DNA from: Oscillospiraceae bacterium
GTDB taxonomy: Bacteria; Bacillota; Clostridia; Oscillospirales; CAG-272
DNA: 64,000 bases
Reading direction: 5' to 3'
Assembly (NCBI GenBank): GCA_015064345.1
Contig: SVSK01000001.1
Coordinates: 6,937 to 70,936 of the forward strand
Notes under the pieces: model-generated
The model's input: the letters and a program-made list of their open reading frames with translations, nothing else
Told to the model about the DNA's origin: nothing
The model's database searches: none
Part shown: positions 46,802-55,471 of the stretch, piece after piece
How positions within the stretch are numbered: the first letter of the stretch is position 1
Layout of the letters: each line of letters opens with the position of its first letter
Program-made: the position numbers and the translations under genes

Positions 46802-47067
46802 TATTTGTTTCCTTTCATTTGTGCCGAGTCATAATTTATGTTAATTCATATAATTATCGCATGATAACATACTTATCCTACATTATAACATATCCCGCGG
46901 GAAATTTCCATAGCGAAACGCAAATATTTGTAACTTTTTTATAAGTTTTGCGATTGTGATTTGTGTTATTTCCTCAGCATTTTTGCTCATCCGAGCTACC
47001 GTGTATGATTATTGTCCTGTTTTTCTTCCAATAATTACCCTATACGCCGATTGTTCATAAAAAATCG

Positions 47068-47096
47068 TTGACTTATCGGGTAAAGTCGTTTACAAT
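47068..47096 (+). promoter_or_regulatory. Promoter of the GNAT gene (TTGACT-17-TACAAT)
   Basis: TTGACT at 47068-47073, 17-nt spacer, TACAAT at 47091-47096. This argues against the track start at 47100. Confidence 0.5.
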
Positions 47097-47129
47097 AATA
47101 TGCATCACGGTAATATGTTGGAGGAAGCT

Positions 47130-47834
47130 ATGATCAGGGCTGAAGACAAGCAGTTTGAAGAGGAGATAATCTCAGGCGGACATCACATCGCGCTCCCTTT
47201 TGAAATGTCAATAACAGAAAACGGAATAGATATACTCGCGTATTCTTTTTGCCTGGACATTGCAAGGGAGTTTGAAGAAAAGTATTCGTCCTCTCCCACG
47301 TCTCCCGAAGCAAAGTCGTTCCTCTACTCAAGACTTCTTCCGATAATGGACGAGCTGGACTATGGATCCGACGGAGACGCTTGCCGTGTACATTTGGAAT
47401 ACCGCTGCACATCCCCCGATACATCGAAAATTCTTCCGATCTGCCGCATCATTGATACACTGGATGGCGCGAGATACAACGAAAGCTTGCCACTTGACGA
47501 GTTTGAGCTTAATCCGTCTGACGAGATCGACAGAATGGCGGTTATTGAAGAGGGGGGCGAGATAGTCTGCTTCTGCGGTATCAACGATATCTCCGGAGAA
47601 GACGGACTTCTTGAGATAACCGTTGAATGTGCAGAAGAGCACCGCGGAAAGGGATACGGCACTTCCTGCGTGGCAAAGTTGACGGAATATCTCATCTCAA
47701 AGGGAGAAGAGGTAGTATATATCTGCACTGAAACAAACGAACCGTCAAAAAGAACCGCTATCGCTGCGGGATTTGAACTAAACAAAACGGTTATGCCATT
47801 TGTTTGCTACAAGAAAGAAACTGACGAAGAATAG
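47130..47834 (+). CDS. GNAT family N-acetyltransferase with uncharacterised N-terminal domain
   Basis: C-terminal GNAT core (VECAEEHRGKGYGTSCVAKL...AAGFEL). Start chosen at ATG 47130 (GGAGG 47120-47124, 5-nt spacer). The track start is at 47100. Confidence 0.7.
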   Translation: MIRAEDKQFEEEIISGGHHIALPFEMSITENGIDILAYSFCLDIAREFEEKYSSSPTSPEAKSFLYSRLLPIMDELDYGSDGDACRVHLEYRCTSPDTSKILPICRIIDTLDGARYNESLPLDEFELNPSDEIDRMAVIEEGGEIVCFCGINDISGEDGLLEITVECAEEHRGKGYGTSCVAKLTEYLISKGEEVVYICTETNEPSKRTAIAAGFELNKTVMPFVCYKKETDEE

Positions 47835-47853
47835 ACCTGAAAGGATGACATAA

Positions 47854-49617
47854 ATGGCTTACGATGCCGGTATGCTGCGATTTGTCATTGCTGAACTTAA
47901 CGCAAAGCTGACAAACGGTAAGGTAGACAAAATATATCAGCCGTCCAGAGATGAGGCGGTATTTCAGATAAGATGCGCGGGAGAAGAGCACCGACTTGCA
48001 ATATCCGCAGGCGGAAACGGCGCGCGAATGAATCTGACGAAGCTGAAAACGGAGAACCCCGCCACCCCGCCAATGTTCTGCATGATGCTTCGTAAGCATT
48101 TCAGCGGTGCAAGATTTGCGGGAGCAGAACAGCTTGGCTTTGAGAGAGCGGCAAGACTTACATTTGATACACACGATGAGATGGGATTTGCCTCAAAAAA
48201 GCACATTATTTGCGAGCTGATGGGACGTTTTTCCAATATAATCATTACGGATGAGCAGGACAAGATAATCGGCGTGCTCAAATCCATTGACTTTACCACC
48301 AGTGAAAAGCGTCAGGTGCTCACAGGAATGAAGTATGAGCTGCCGCCGAAGCAGGATAAGCATGATCCAATGGATGAGTCAGTCGACAGACGCTTTTTCA
48401 ACAAGCTTGCGGGCGAAGCTGACGGAAACAAGTCGGCGGAGAAGTTTATCATATCAAATTTTGCGGGTATCTCTCCCCTTATTGCCCGTGAGATCGTGTA
48501 CAGAGCCGCAGGCAAAACCGATGCAACTCTGGCTGAAGCTTCAAAAGAGCTTACAGAAAAGTTCTTCGGGGTTATCGAGTCCATAAAAAATGTCGACGGC
48601 AAGCCTGTTGTGGTGAAGAATCACGACGGTATTCCGATAGAGTATGCATTTACTGATATCAGACAGTACGGAAGAGACGCGAAGGTTGAGGAGTGCGAGT
48701 CATACGGCCAGCTTATTGACGTGTATTTCGGTGAGAGAAGCCGAGATGAGAGAGTTCACAAGAAAATGTCCGATATTTTCAAGCTTCTCTCCAATGCGGA
48801 AACCAGAATTATAAAGAAGATCGGCATACAGAAGGAAGAGCTTGCAGCCTGTGACGAGGGTGAAAAGTATAAGTTGTGGGGCGATCTCATCACCGCAAAT
48901 ATCTACAGACTCAGCCGCGGCATGGAGGAGTGCACAGTCCCCAACTACATGAGCGAGGACTACTCGGATATCACCATTCCCCTTGACAAACGGCTCACTC
49001 CATCTGCCAACGCACAGCGATATTACAAGAGATACAACAAGTCAAAAACGGCGAGAGTGCATCTTACAGAACAGCTTAAGGCGGCAGAAGCGGAGCTTGA
49101 ATACGTATATTCCGTGCTGGATTCACTTTCCCGTGCGGATAGCGAAAAGGAGCTTTCAGAGATCCGCGCAGAGCTTTACCACAGCGGATATGCGTCCAAG
49201 ATGAAGAACTATACGGAAAAGAAGCAGTCCGCACCCTGTATCGCAAAGTATCTCACTTCAGACGGGCATACCGTGCTCTGCGGTCGGAACAATATCGCAA
49301 ACGACTATCTTACCACAAAGCTGGCAGACCGGGGAGACTGGTGGTTCCATGTTAAGAATCAGCCGGGCTCACACGTTGTGCTTGTGAATAAGGAGGGTGA
49401 GGACGATCCCTCAGGCGAAGCATTTACGGAGGCGGCTGAGATTGCGGCATACAACTCAAAGGCACGCGGCGGTGTTATGATTCCAGTTGACTACACCAAG
49501 GTGGCAAAGGTAAAGAAACCTGCAGGTTCAAAGCCGGGATTTGTTATCTACACCACCAACTGGACAGCGTATGTTACACCTGACGAAGAGCGCATCAACA
49601 AAATGAAGCAGAAATAA
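47854..49617 (+). CDS. rqcH: Rqc2/RqcH (NFACT, fibronectin-binding protein A-like) ribosome quality-control factor
   Basis: 587-aa ORF. NFACT-N (GKVDKIYQP..DE), coiled-coil middle region, and NFACT-R (DWWFHVK..PGSHVV). Confidence 0.9.
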   Translation: MAYDAGMLRFVIAELNAKLTNGKVDKIYQPSRDEAVFQIRCAGEEHRLAISAGGNGARMNLTKLKTENPATPPMFCMMLRKHFSGARFAGAEQLGFERAARLTFDTHDEMGFASKKHIICELMGRFSNIIITDEQDKIIGVLKSIDFTTSEKRQVLTGMKYELPPKQDKHDPMDESVDRRFFNKLAGEADGNKSAEKFIISNFAGISPLIAREIVYRAAGKTDATLAEASKELTEKFFGVIESIKNVDGKPVVVKNHDGIPIEYAFTDIRQYGRDAKVEECESYGQLIDVYFGERSRDERVHKKMSDIFKLLSNAETRIIKKIGIQKEELAACDEGEKYKLWGDLITANIYRLSRGMEECTVPNYMSEDYSDITIPLDKRLTPSANAQRYYKRYNKSKTARVHLTEQLKAAEAELEYVYSVLDSLSRADSEKELSEIRAELYHSGYASKMKNYTEKKQSAPCIAKYLTSDGHTVLCGRNNIANDYLTTKLADRGDWWFHVKNQPGSHVVLVNKEGEDDPSGEAFTEAAEIAAYNSKARGGVMIPVDYTKVAKVKKPAGSKPGFVIYTTNWTAYVTPDEERINKMKQK

Positions 49618-49650
49618 ACAAAAAGAGCAGCGTAAAAACTGCTCTTTTTT
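49617..49650. terminator. Bidirectional intrinsic terminator, copy A of a duplicated module
   Basis: AAAAGAGCAG (49621-30) pairs with CTGCTCTTTT (49639-48), loop CGTAAAAA. Near-identical to 50965-50997. Confidence 0.75.
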
Positions 49651-49654
49651 GTTT

Positions 49655-50761
49655 TCATTCCATCATTTCGTGTAGCTTTTCTATGAGTGCTCTGAATTTG
49701 TCAGTGTCTCGGATAGGTGAGAAAACGTCATCCTCAAGATGGCGACAAACAACTTCAGCGTGAGGACAAGTATAACTGCGCATAAGATTCTTCCCAGAAA
49801 ACGACAGCCGGTCAAATAATATTGACGTGTGTTTCATACCGTCAAGGGCATGAATAAATTCTATCTCATGATTTATGTATTTTTCTGCGGTATCAATAGC
49901 GCTATCATAATCGCCCATTTCAATAAACGCAGTCATGAGGCTCTCGTATATTTGAGCAACCATGGTGTGATAGTAACCGTAGTCTCCGTTTTCGTACATT
50001 GTTTCGAACAACGATATGGCTTTCTTGCAAAGCAAAACTTTGTTTTTGGGGTCTCTTTGCCCATTTACGGCACTTCTGATCCATATCCACAAATAGAAAA
50101 TCAGATTCTGAATATTATCTTGATGGAATATGATGTGTTCCTCCGTGTCGTAGCCATAAAGTCTGTATAGTGCCATGCTATTAGTGTAGGTAATATCAGG
50201 CAACCTTTTGGCTGCTTTGATAGCGTTTTCTTTGTCCCCAAGTTCACTGTATGCCAAGCTTAAAAGATCAATAGCATTGTAGCGAATATCATCAATGGTG
50301 CAGTCTTCGACAATATTATTGCAAACAGTTACAATCTCTTGATGTATTGAGTTACGTTCCTCCTCTGTTTTTGCGGATTCGCAATCATTCTCGACATAAA
50401 CTGTTGCAGCTAATGCCCAGGCGTATTTGATAAGAATTCGGAAATCACCCGGATACTTGTTTTTTGCTTCTGTCATTAATTCCAAAGCCTTTTGAACTTC
50501 ACCACTTGCATTGAGCCTGAAATATTCCGATAGATATTGTTGCACGCTTTCTTCACGTTTGTCTTTGTCTATGCCAAGAAGTAAATCGCTCGTCACGCAG
50601 AAAAACGAAGCAATAGCCGGAATCGTTGCAATATCTGGATAAGTAATCCCATTTTCCCAACGGCTGATTGCCTGAGGGGAAAGACTCAAATATTCTGCAA
50701 GCCTTTCTTGAGTAATATTTTTCTCCCTGCGAAGCCTTTTGATGATTGTGCCGATCTCCAT
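49655..50761 (-). CDS. XRE-family HTH regulator with long TPR-like C-terminal domain (RNPP-like architecture)
   Basis: 368-aa ORF. N-terminus IIKRLRREKNITQERLAEYLSLSPQAISRWENG. The helical-repeat C-terminus is rich in Y/A/L pairs. AAGGAG RBS. Confidence 0.85.
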   Translation of the reverse strand: MEIGTIIKRLRREKNITQERLAEYLSLSPQAISRWENGITYPDIATIPAIASFFCVTSDLLLGIDKDKREESVQQYLSEYFRLNASGEVQKALELMTEAKNKYPGDFRILIKYAWALAATVYVENDCESAKTEEERNSIHQEIVTVCNNIVEDCTIDDIRYNAIDLLSLAYSELGDKENAIKAAKRLPDITYTNSMALYRLYGYDTEEHIIFHQDNIQNLIFYLWIWIRSAVNGQRDPKNKVLLCKKAISLFETMYENGDYGYYHTMVAQIYESLMTAFIEMGDYDSAIDTAEKYINHEIEFIHALDGMKHTSILFDRLSFSGKNLMRSYTCPHAEVVCRHLEDDVFSPIRDTDKFRALIEKLHEMME

Positions 50762-50964
50762 ATCAGTTCTCCTTATAACTGTTCTATTATAAGGTGCGCG
50801 CCTTATGTCTCTATTATATCAGAGGTGGGTTTCTCTGTCCACAGATCGTTTGTTAACATCAAGTAAATCAATGATTGATTTTTTCTATCAACGCGCAACA
50901 AAACCTTACTCAAAAAAGTGTAATTATCGGGCGTAGGGTGTGTATTTGCGGTCAATCGAGAAAA

Positions 50965-50997
50965 AACAAAAAGAGCAGCGTGAAAAACTGCTCTTTT
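50965..50997. terminator. Bidirectional intrinsic terminator, copy B of the duplicated module (terminates the GH25 gene)
   Basis: GAGCAG (50973-78) pairs with CTGCTC (50988-93), loop CGTGAAAAA, with A/T runs flanking. Confidence 0.75.
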
Positions 50998-51002
50998 ATT
51001 TG

Positions 51003-51776
51003 TTATTTTAACCTATACCTGGGAAAAGCTGCGAAATCCTCTTCGCTTCCGAAGAACACATTCATATCAATGAATTTTTCTTCACCACTGTATCCGTCAA
51101 GCTGCTCTCGATTGGTGTACTGCCAGAATGTCCATTGTCTGCCATCGGATGTTTTTGCCTTCGTTTTTACATTTCGTATCCAAATATCGTACTCTTCGTA
51201 ATCATTGGCAAGGTATAACTCGTAGCTTTCTTCCGTGGCATAGATGATAGGCTTCAGTTCGTAGTATTCTTCTAGTGTATCAAGCATTGCTCTGAGCTCT
51301 TTGTCTACAGTTTCTTTTGAAAGAGGGGCCTCTGCAAATTCACCGTAGAATTCGAGATCAACAACGGGCGGAAGCATACCATCAAACGGTGAAACAGTAG
51401 AAATAAAGTTTTCAGCTTGTGTCAACCCGGAACTGCTGAAGCTGAAAAAGTGATAGGCACCAACAGCGATGTTACACTTCTGCGCTTCGGCAAAATTATA
51501 TGCAAAACGGTCATCAACGAATGAACTGCCTTCAGTTGCTTTGATGAAAGCGAAATCTATATCCTCACCGGATAGAACATTCCAGTCGATTTCACCCTGA
51601 TAATGAGAAACATCCACACCGCGAACAGGATATTTCCTCTCGGACGGATTGTTGAGGAGTATTATGCCATTCCACACCATGTGATTCAGTGCGACGGCAG
51701 AAAGTCCGGCAAGTATGAGGAAGCCGAGTATTATCAAAAGTACAGTAAGCTTCTTTTTCATTTTTTTACCTATCAC
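51003..51776 (-). CDS. GH25 family lysozyme (muramidase), N-terminal membrane anchor
   Basis: GVDVSHYQG.IDW......IDFAFIKATEG is the GH25 signature. Codon 51776 is GTG and overlaps the GH20 stop. The ATG at 51761 (MKKKLTVLL...) is an alternative start. Confidence 0.88.
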   Translation of the reverse strand: MIGKKMKKKLTVLLIILGFLILAGLSAVALNHMVWNGIILLNNPSERKYPVRGVDVSHYQGEIDWNVLSGEDIDFAFIKATEGSSFVDDRFAYNFAEAQKCNIAVGAYHFFSFSSSGLTQAENFISTVSPFDGMLPPVVDLEFYGEFAEAPLSKETVDKELRAMLDTLEEYYELKPIIYATEESYELYLANDYEEYDIWIRNVKTKAKTSDGRQWTFWQYTNREQLDGYSGEEKFIDMNVFFGSEEDFAAFPRYRLK

Positions 51777-53905
51777 TGCACAATCGCAACTGCGTAAAGC
51801 TCGGCTTCAAGGGGAGAGAATGGCTCATTGACAAAGCGAACACCTGTGATCTTGTGGCCTGGGTAGGGGTTCTCCCACTCGCAGGAATAGACTGTGCGGA
51901 TTCCGTCGGGTGTATCAAACTCTGCAAACCTGCAGGAATAGATAGCCGCGGCTCTCCAGTTGTCAACGGGGGAATACATGGGAGAGAGGGTAAGCTTTTC
52001 TTCGTTGACCACGTTTGCATCATCAATATCGTTGAGCATATTGCCGTAAGCATCGGGACGAACGTATTTGTCAGTGGAATGCTTGTCACCCACAGCCACA
52101 CCGCCATGCTCCGCCATTGCGAACTCAACAAGAACGGTCTTCACCATTCCGTCATCGTAGTCAACAGCATATTTTGCAGGGACTCTCGGACGCTTGTCCA
52201 TGAACGCCCATGTGGTAAGTCTGTCTTTCGGCTGTCCGTTTACTGCGTGGAAGAACACGAGTTTATCAGCCTCGCCGTCAAGGGTTAGCTTTTCGCCTTC
52301 TTCGAGAGGGGTGAGACCGCCCGACACGATTTCATCGGCAACAGCCTTGTCAATAGTGCCGTAACGGTAGGTGATGTTCTTTTTCTCGCCTGTTTTGACA
52401 GACATCTGACCGAGAGTGTCGGCTGTGCCGTCAAAAGCGCGCTTTCCGCTGAGCTTTTCCATGAGAGTTGGCATGTATTCCTCAGCGATTCGGGAGAATT
52501 CCATGCGTTTTTCGTCACAGAAATCGTCTTGCCAAAGCACCTTTGCGGAGAATGCCAGCTCGTAGAACCAACCGTTGAAGCCGATCTCATATTCGCTGGG
52601 GATGCACCATGTGGAAACCTCACCGCCGATAACGTTGGGAGATTTCGATCTCTTATCCCAATTTGCGATCTGCGAGCCGCGGAAGTTTCCGTATATTTCG
52701 GTGAATCCTTTTTCTCTGAATTCATCCTGTGTGCCGTCTGCCATTGAATAATACCAGTCGAACATGAGAATATCCTTCGGGATCATGTGGGCCGCTTCGT
52801 AAGTAGTGGGCAAGTGGTATATTCTGCCGTATTTGTCAACGTGATTGTGCTCAACGCCACCTGTGGGCATGCCTTTCCAGGAGGTGAAGTTCTGTACCAT
52901 CTCGCCCCACATCATGATCTTGATGCCGCGTGCGTTGTAGAAATCGTAAAGTCGGTTGATATCGCCTGCGAGAAGCTCGTGACCGCTCTTTTTACGGCAG
53001 AGAGGACATTCACCCAGCACTCGAACCTCGTCGTGACCGATGTGCACGTGTGTTGGCTCAATTACCTCGAGAATTTCCTCCGCCACCTCAAAGTATAATT
53101 TATAGCTCTTGTCATTGGAGGGGCAGTAGTGGTCGGGCCAACGCTCGTGAGGACGTTCTGCAATCTCGGGGTGAGCGAGAGTCAGATAATATGCGTGGCT
53201 GAGAGACTGAAGCTCGGGAACAAGATTGAGCCCAAGCAGTCTGCAGTGGTCAACGATGCGTCTGAGGTCAGCCTTGGAGATGAGTCCGCCGCCGCTTATC
53301 TCAACGTGAGTAGAATCCTTCCAGTAAGCTTCTGAACCCTGGATTCCCTGAGGACCTGTGGGATAGTCGTGTGCTTCGTGACAGAACTTCAGCCATGCCA
53401 TGTTGATTTCAGGGTGTCTGTCAAGCTGAACACAACCGCCGATCTCAAGAATTATGGTGTTGTACTTCATTGACGCTAAAGTGTCGAGAAGAGTAAAGAA
53501 CTCGTCGATCATATAAACAGGCGGCAGATAAAGATGCACACCGCGAACAGGCTTGTAGGGTGCATCCTCAATGTGACAGCAAGGGAAGAGAAGACCGGAG
53601 TCCGCAGGGGTGGAGATAGACTTCAGCGTCTGAAGTGCGGACATTGCTCCTGCTTCGTCGGTAGCAGTAACTGCGATTTTTTCGTCTATATCTATTACAT
53701 ACGCACCGTTTCCGCCGCAATCTGACAAAGAAAGCGTGAAGAGCGGCTTCGCTGTGCTTTCTGTATCTATTGCACCTCCGAAAAGATAGCGGGCGAGGGA
53801 CTCGGCTGTTTCGAGTTTGGCAGGGATAGATGAAGCTGTGAACACTCCGTCGCGCAGTTCTGCCTTTTTTGGTGTCGGAAGCAAATTTTTGAGCTTGTTT
53901 TTCAT
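51773..53905 (-). CDS. GH20-like glycoside hydrolase (beta-N-acetylhexosaminidase family) with C-terminal extension
   Basis: 710-aa ORF. N-terminus LLPTPKK is typical of GH20. TIM-barrel region has RGVHLY and the HIGHDE catalytic-type motif. No signal peptide seen. Confidence 0.75.
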   Translation of the reverse strand: MKNKLKNLLPTPKKAELRDGVFTASSIPAKLETAESLARYLFGGAIDTESTAKPLFTLSLSDCGGNGAYVIDIDEKIAVTATDEAGAMSALQTLKSISTPADSGLLFPCCHIEDAPYKPVRGVHLYLPPVYMIDEFFTLLDTLASMKYNTIILEIGGCVQLDRHPEINMAWLKFCHEAHDYPTGPQGIQGSEAYWKDSTHVEISGGGLISKADLRRIVDHCRLLGLNLVPELQSLSHAYYLTLAHPEIAERPHERWPDHYCPSNDKSYKLYFEVAEEILEVIEPTHVHIGHDEVRVLGECPLCRKKSGHELLAGDINRLYDFYNARGIKIMMWGEMVQNFTSWKGMPTGGVEHNHVDKYGRIYHLPTTYEAAHMIPKDILMFDWYYSMADGTQDEFREKGFTEIYGNFRGSQIANWDKRSKSPNVIGGEVSTWCIPSEYEIGFNGWFYELAFSAKVLWQDDFCDEKRMEFSRIAEEYMPTLMEKLSGKRAFDGTADTLGQMSVKTGEKKNITYRYGTIDKAVADEIVSGGLTPLEEGEKLTLDGEADKLVFFHAVNGQPKDRLTTWAFMDKRPRVPAKYAVDYDDGMVKTVLVEFAMAEHGGVAVGDKHSTDKYVRPDAYGNMLNDIDDANVVNEEKLTLSPMYSPVDNWRAAAIYSCRFAEFDTPDGIRTVYSCEWENPYPGHKITGVRFVNEPFSPLEAELYAVAIVQ

Positions 53906-54007
53906 GTGCTTGCCCTACTTTTCTGAAAAATTCTATTAAAATTATTATATCATACAGGTGAGATTTGTCAAGGCAATAATTTTCTCTCGGGTATTTGGAA
54001 GCGCCTA

Positions 54008-54036
54008 TTGACAAACGCGGCGGAGTGTGATATAAT
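54008..54036 (+). promoter_or_regulatory. Consensus sigma-A promoter of the sdpR/sdpI-like operon (TTGACA-17-TATAAT)
   Basis: TTGACA at 54008-54013, 17-nt spacer, TATAAT at 54031-54036. Confidence 0.7.
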
Positions 54037-54037
54037 A

Positions 54038-54059
54038 CATTTAACATATAGGTTAAATG
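54038..54059 (+). promoter_or_regulatory. Perfect inverted repeat, putative operator of the ArsR/SdpR-type autorepressor
   Basis: CATTTAAC (54038-45), ATATAG spacer, GTTAAATG (54052-59), starting 2 nt after the -10 box. A further TTAAATG half-site is at 54060-66. Confidence 0.5.
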
Positions 54060-54079
54060 TTAAATGAAAGGAGAGCAAA

Positions 54080-54355
54080 ATGGGACTACAGCAGACTATG
54101 AAGGCACTTGCCGACCCGATAAGACGGGAGATACTGAATATGCTCAAGGGCGGCAGGATGTCGGCGGGGGAGATTGTGGATAAATTTGACGTAACGGGCG
54201 CATCCATCTCTCGGCATTTGTCCGTACTGAAGGAAGCAGACCTCATTCGCGACTTCAGAGAAGGAAAGTTCATTTTTTACGAGCTCAACGCATCTGTGCT
54301 TGAGGAAATAATGCTTTGGATAGCAGAACTTAGAGGAGGAGAAGATAATGTTTAA
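54080..54355 (+). CDS. ArsR-family autorepressor, SdpR-like
   Basis: 91-aa ORF. LADPIRREIL..L..G..SAGEI...F...GASISRHL..LKEA.LI matches the SdpR-type wHTH. Confidence 0.85.
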   Translation: MGLQQTMKALADPIRREILNMLKGGRMSAGEIVDKFDVTGASISRHLSVLKEADLIRDFREGKFIFYELNASVLEEIMLWIAELRGGEDNV

Positions 54356-55412
54356 GAAAAACAAGCTTAGTCTTATTATTTCATCGGTAGTTATCATGTT
54401 GCCTACCGTGTTCGGATTAATTTTCTATGATGCTCTCGGTAAGGGAATGGGAGATTACGCAGGCAAGAGCGTAGGCGGACGTGGATTTGTGGTGTTCGCA
54501 TTACCGATTATTTTACTCTTTACCCACTGGCTGTGCATAATCATAACGTCCCTTGACAAGCGAAGTGCAGAGCAAAGCGGAAAAGTAACTGCCATGGTGC
54601 TGTGGATAATTCCCGTGCTATCTATTTTTGTAAGCACCGTTTTCTATTCTGTATTGCTGGGCAAAAAAATTGACATGATGCTCATGGCTGTTATTCTTTT
54701 CAGCGCGCTGTTTATTATTATCGGCAACTACATGCCAAAGTGCAAACGCAACAGCGTCATCGGTGTAAAAACATATCACACCCTTTCGAGTGATGAAAAC
54801 TGGAGCAAAACTCATAGGCTTGCGGGCATTTTGTGGTTCTTTGGCGGAATTGTAATGCTTTGCGGTCTTTTCCTTAAAGCTAAAGCGGCGTTTATCTTAA
54901 TTTTTGCAGTTATTGCCGTAGCCGTTGTAGTCCCGGCTGTATATTCTTGGCTCTACTACAAAAAGCAGGTTGCGCGAGGTGAGGAACTCAGCCTTGCCGA
55001 TTTTCCCGGAATAGGTAAGCGCGGAGGCATAATCTCTGCCGTTATTTGTGTTGCAATACTTGCACTTGTAGCGGTGCTTATGTTTACGGGGAATGTTGAG
55101 GTGCAGTTTGGAGAGACATCATTCACCGTCGAGGCAACATACTCGGGGAACATAACGGTAAACTACGCCGACATCGATGAGATAGAGTACAGAGAAAACG
55201 GTGTGCCCGGCACCAGAGTTGTGGGATTCGCCTCAGCAAAATTACTGACCGGTATGTTCCAAAATGATGAGTTCGGTAATTATGCACGCTATACTTACAC
55301 ACAAAGTGAATCTGCAATAGTGCTGACTGTGGGGGACGATATCATTGTAATAAGCGACAAGAGTGCCGAAGAAACAAAGGTGCTATACGACAAGCTGATA
55401 GAGCAGAAATAA
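54348..55412 (+). CDS. SdpI/YhfL-family membrane protein (DUF1648 + SdpI region) with C-terminal bacterial PH-like domain
   Basis: 354-aa ORF, 8-nt overlap with the repressor gene. Multi-TM N-terminal part contains the NSVIGVKT...W..THR SdpI motif. The soluble C-terminus (about 120 aa) is beta-rich. Confidence 0.8.
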   Translation: MFKKNKLSLIISSVVIMLPTVFGLIFYDALGKGMGDYAGKSVGGRGFVVFALPIILLFTHWLCIIITSLDKRSAEQSGKVTAMVLWIIPVLSIFVSTVFYSVLLGKKIDMMLMAVILFSALFIIIGNYMPKCKRNSVIGVKTYHTLSSDENWSKTHRLAGILWFFGGIVMLCGLFLKAKAAFILIFAVIAVAVVVPAVYSWLYYKKQVARGEELSLADFPGIGKRGGIISAVICVAILALVAVLMFTGNVEVQFGETSFTVEATYSGNITVNYADIDEIEYRENGVPGTRVVGFASAKLLTGMFQNDEFGNYARYTYTQSESAIVLTVGDDIIVISDKSAEETKVLYDKLIEQK

Positions 55413-55426
55413 ATACTGAAAAGCAA

Positions 55427-55462
55427 AAGAAACTGTCCCACAGAAAAGTGAGACAGTTTTTT
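55427..55462. terminator. Bidirectional intrinsic terminator (sdpI-like gene / oxidoreductase)
   Basis: AACTGTC (55431-37) pairs with GACAGTT (55452-58), followed by a T-run with an A-rich left flank. Confidence 0.7.
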
Positions 55463-55471
55463 GTTATGTAA

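Noticed and set aside
46883-46990. 35-codon minus-strand sORF (MSKNAEEITQITIAKLIKKLQIFAFRYGNFPRDML) upstream of lon
   Set aside because: No SD sequence. Its 3' end runs through the probable lon -10 box. There is nothing family-like, so it is kept only as a note.
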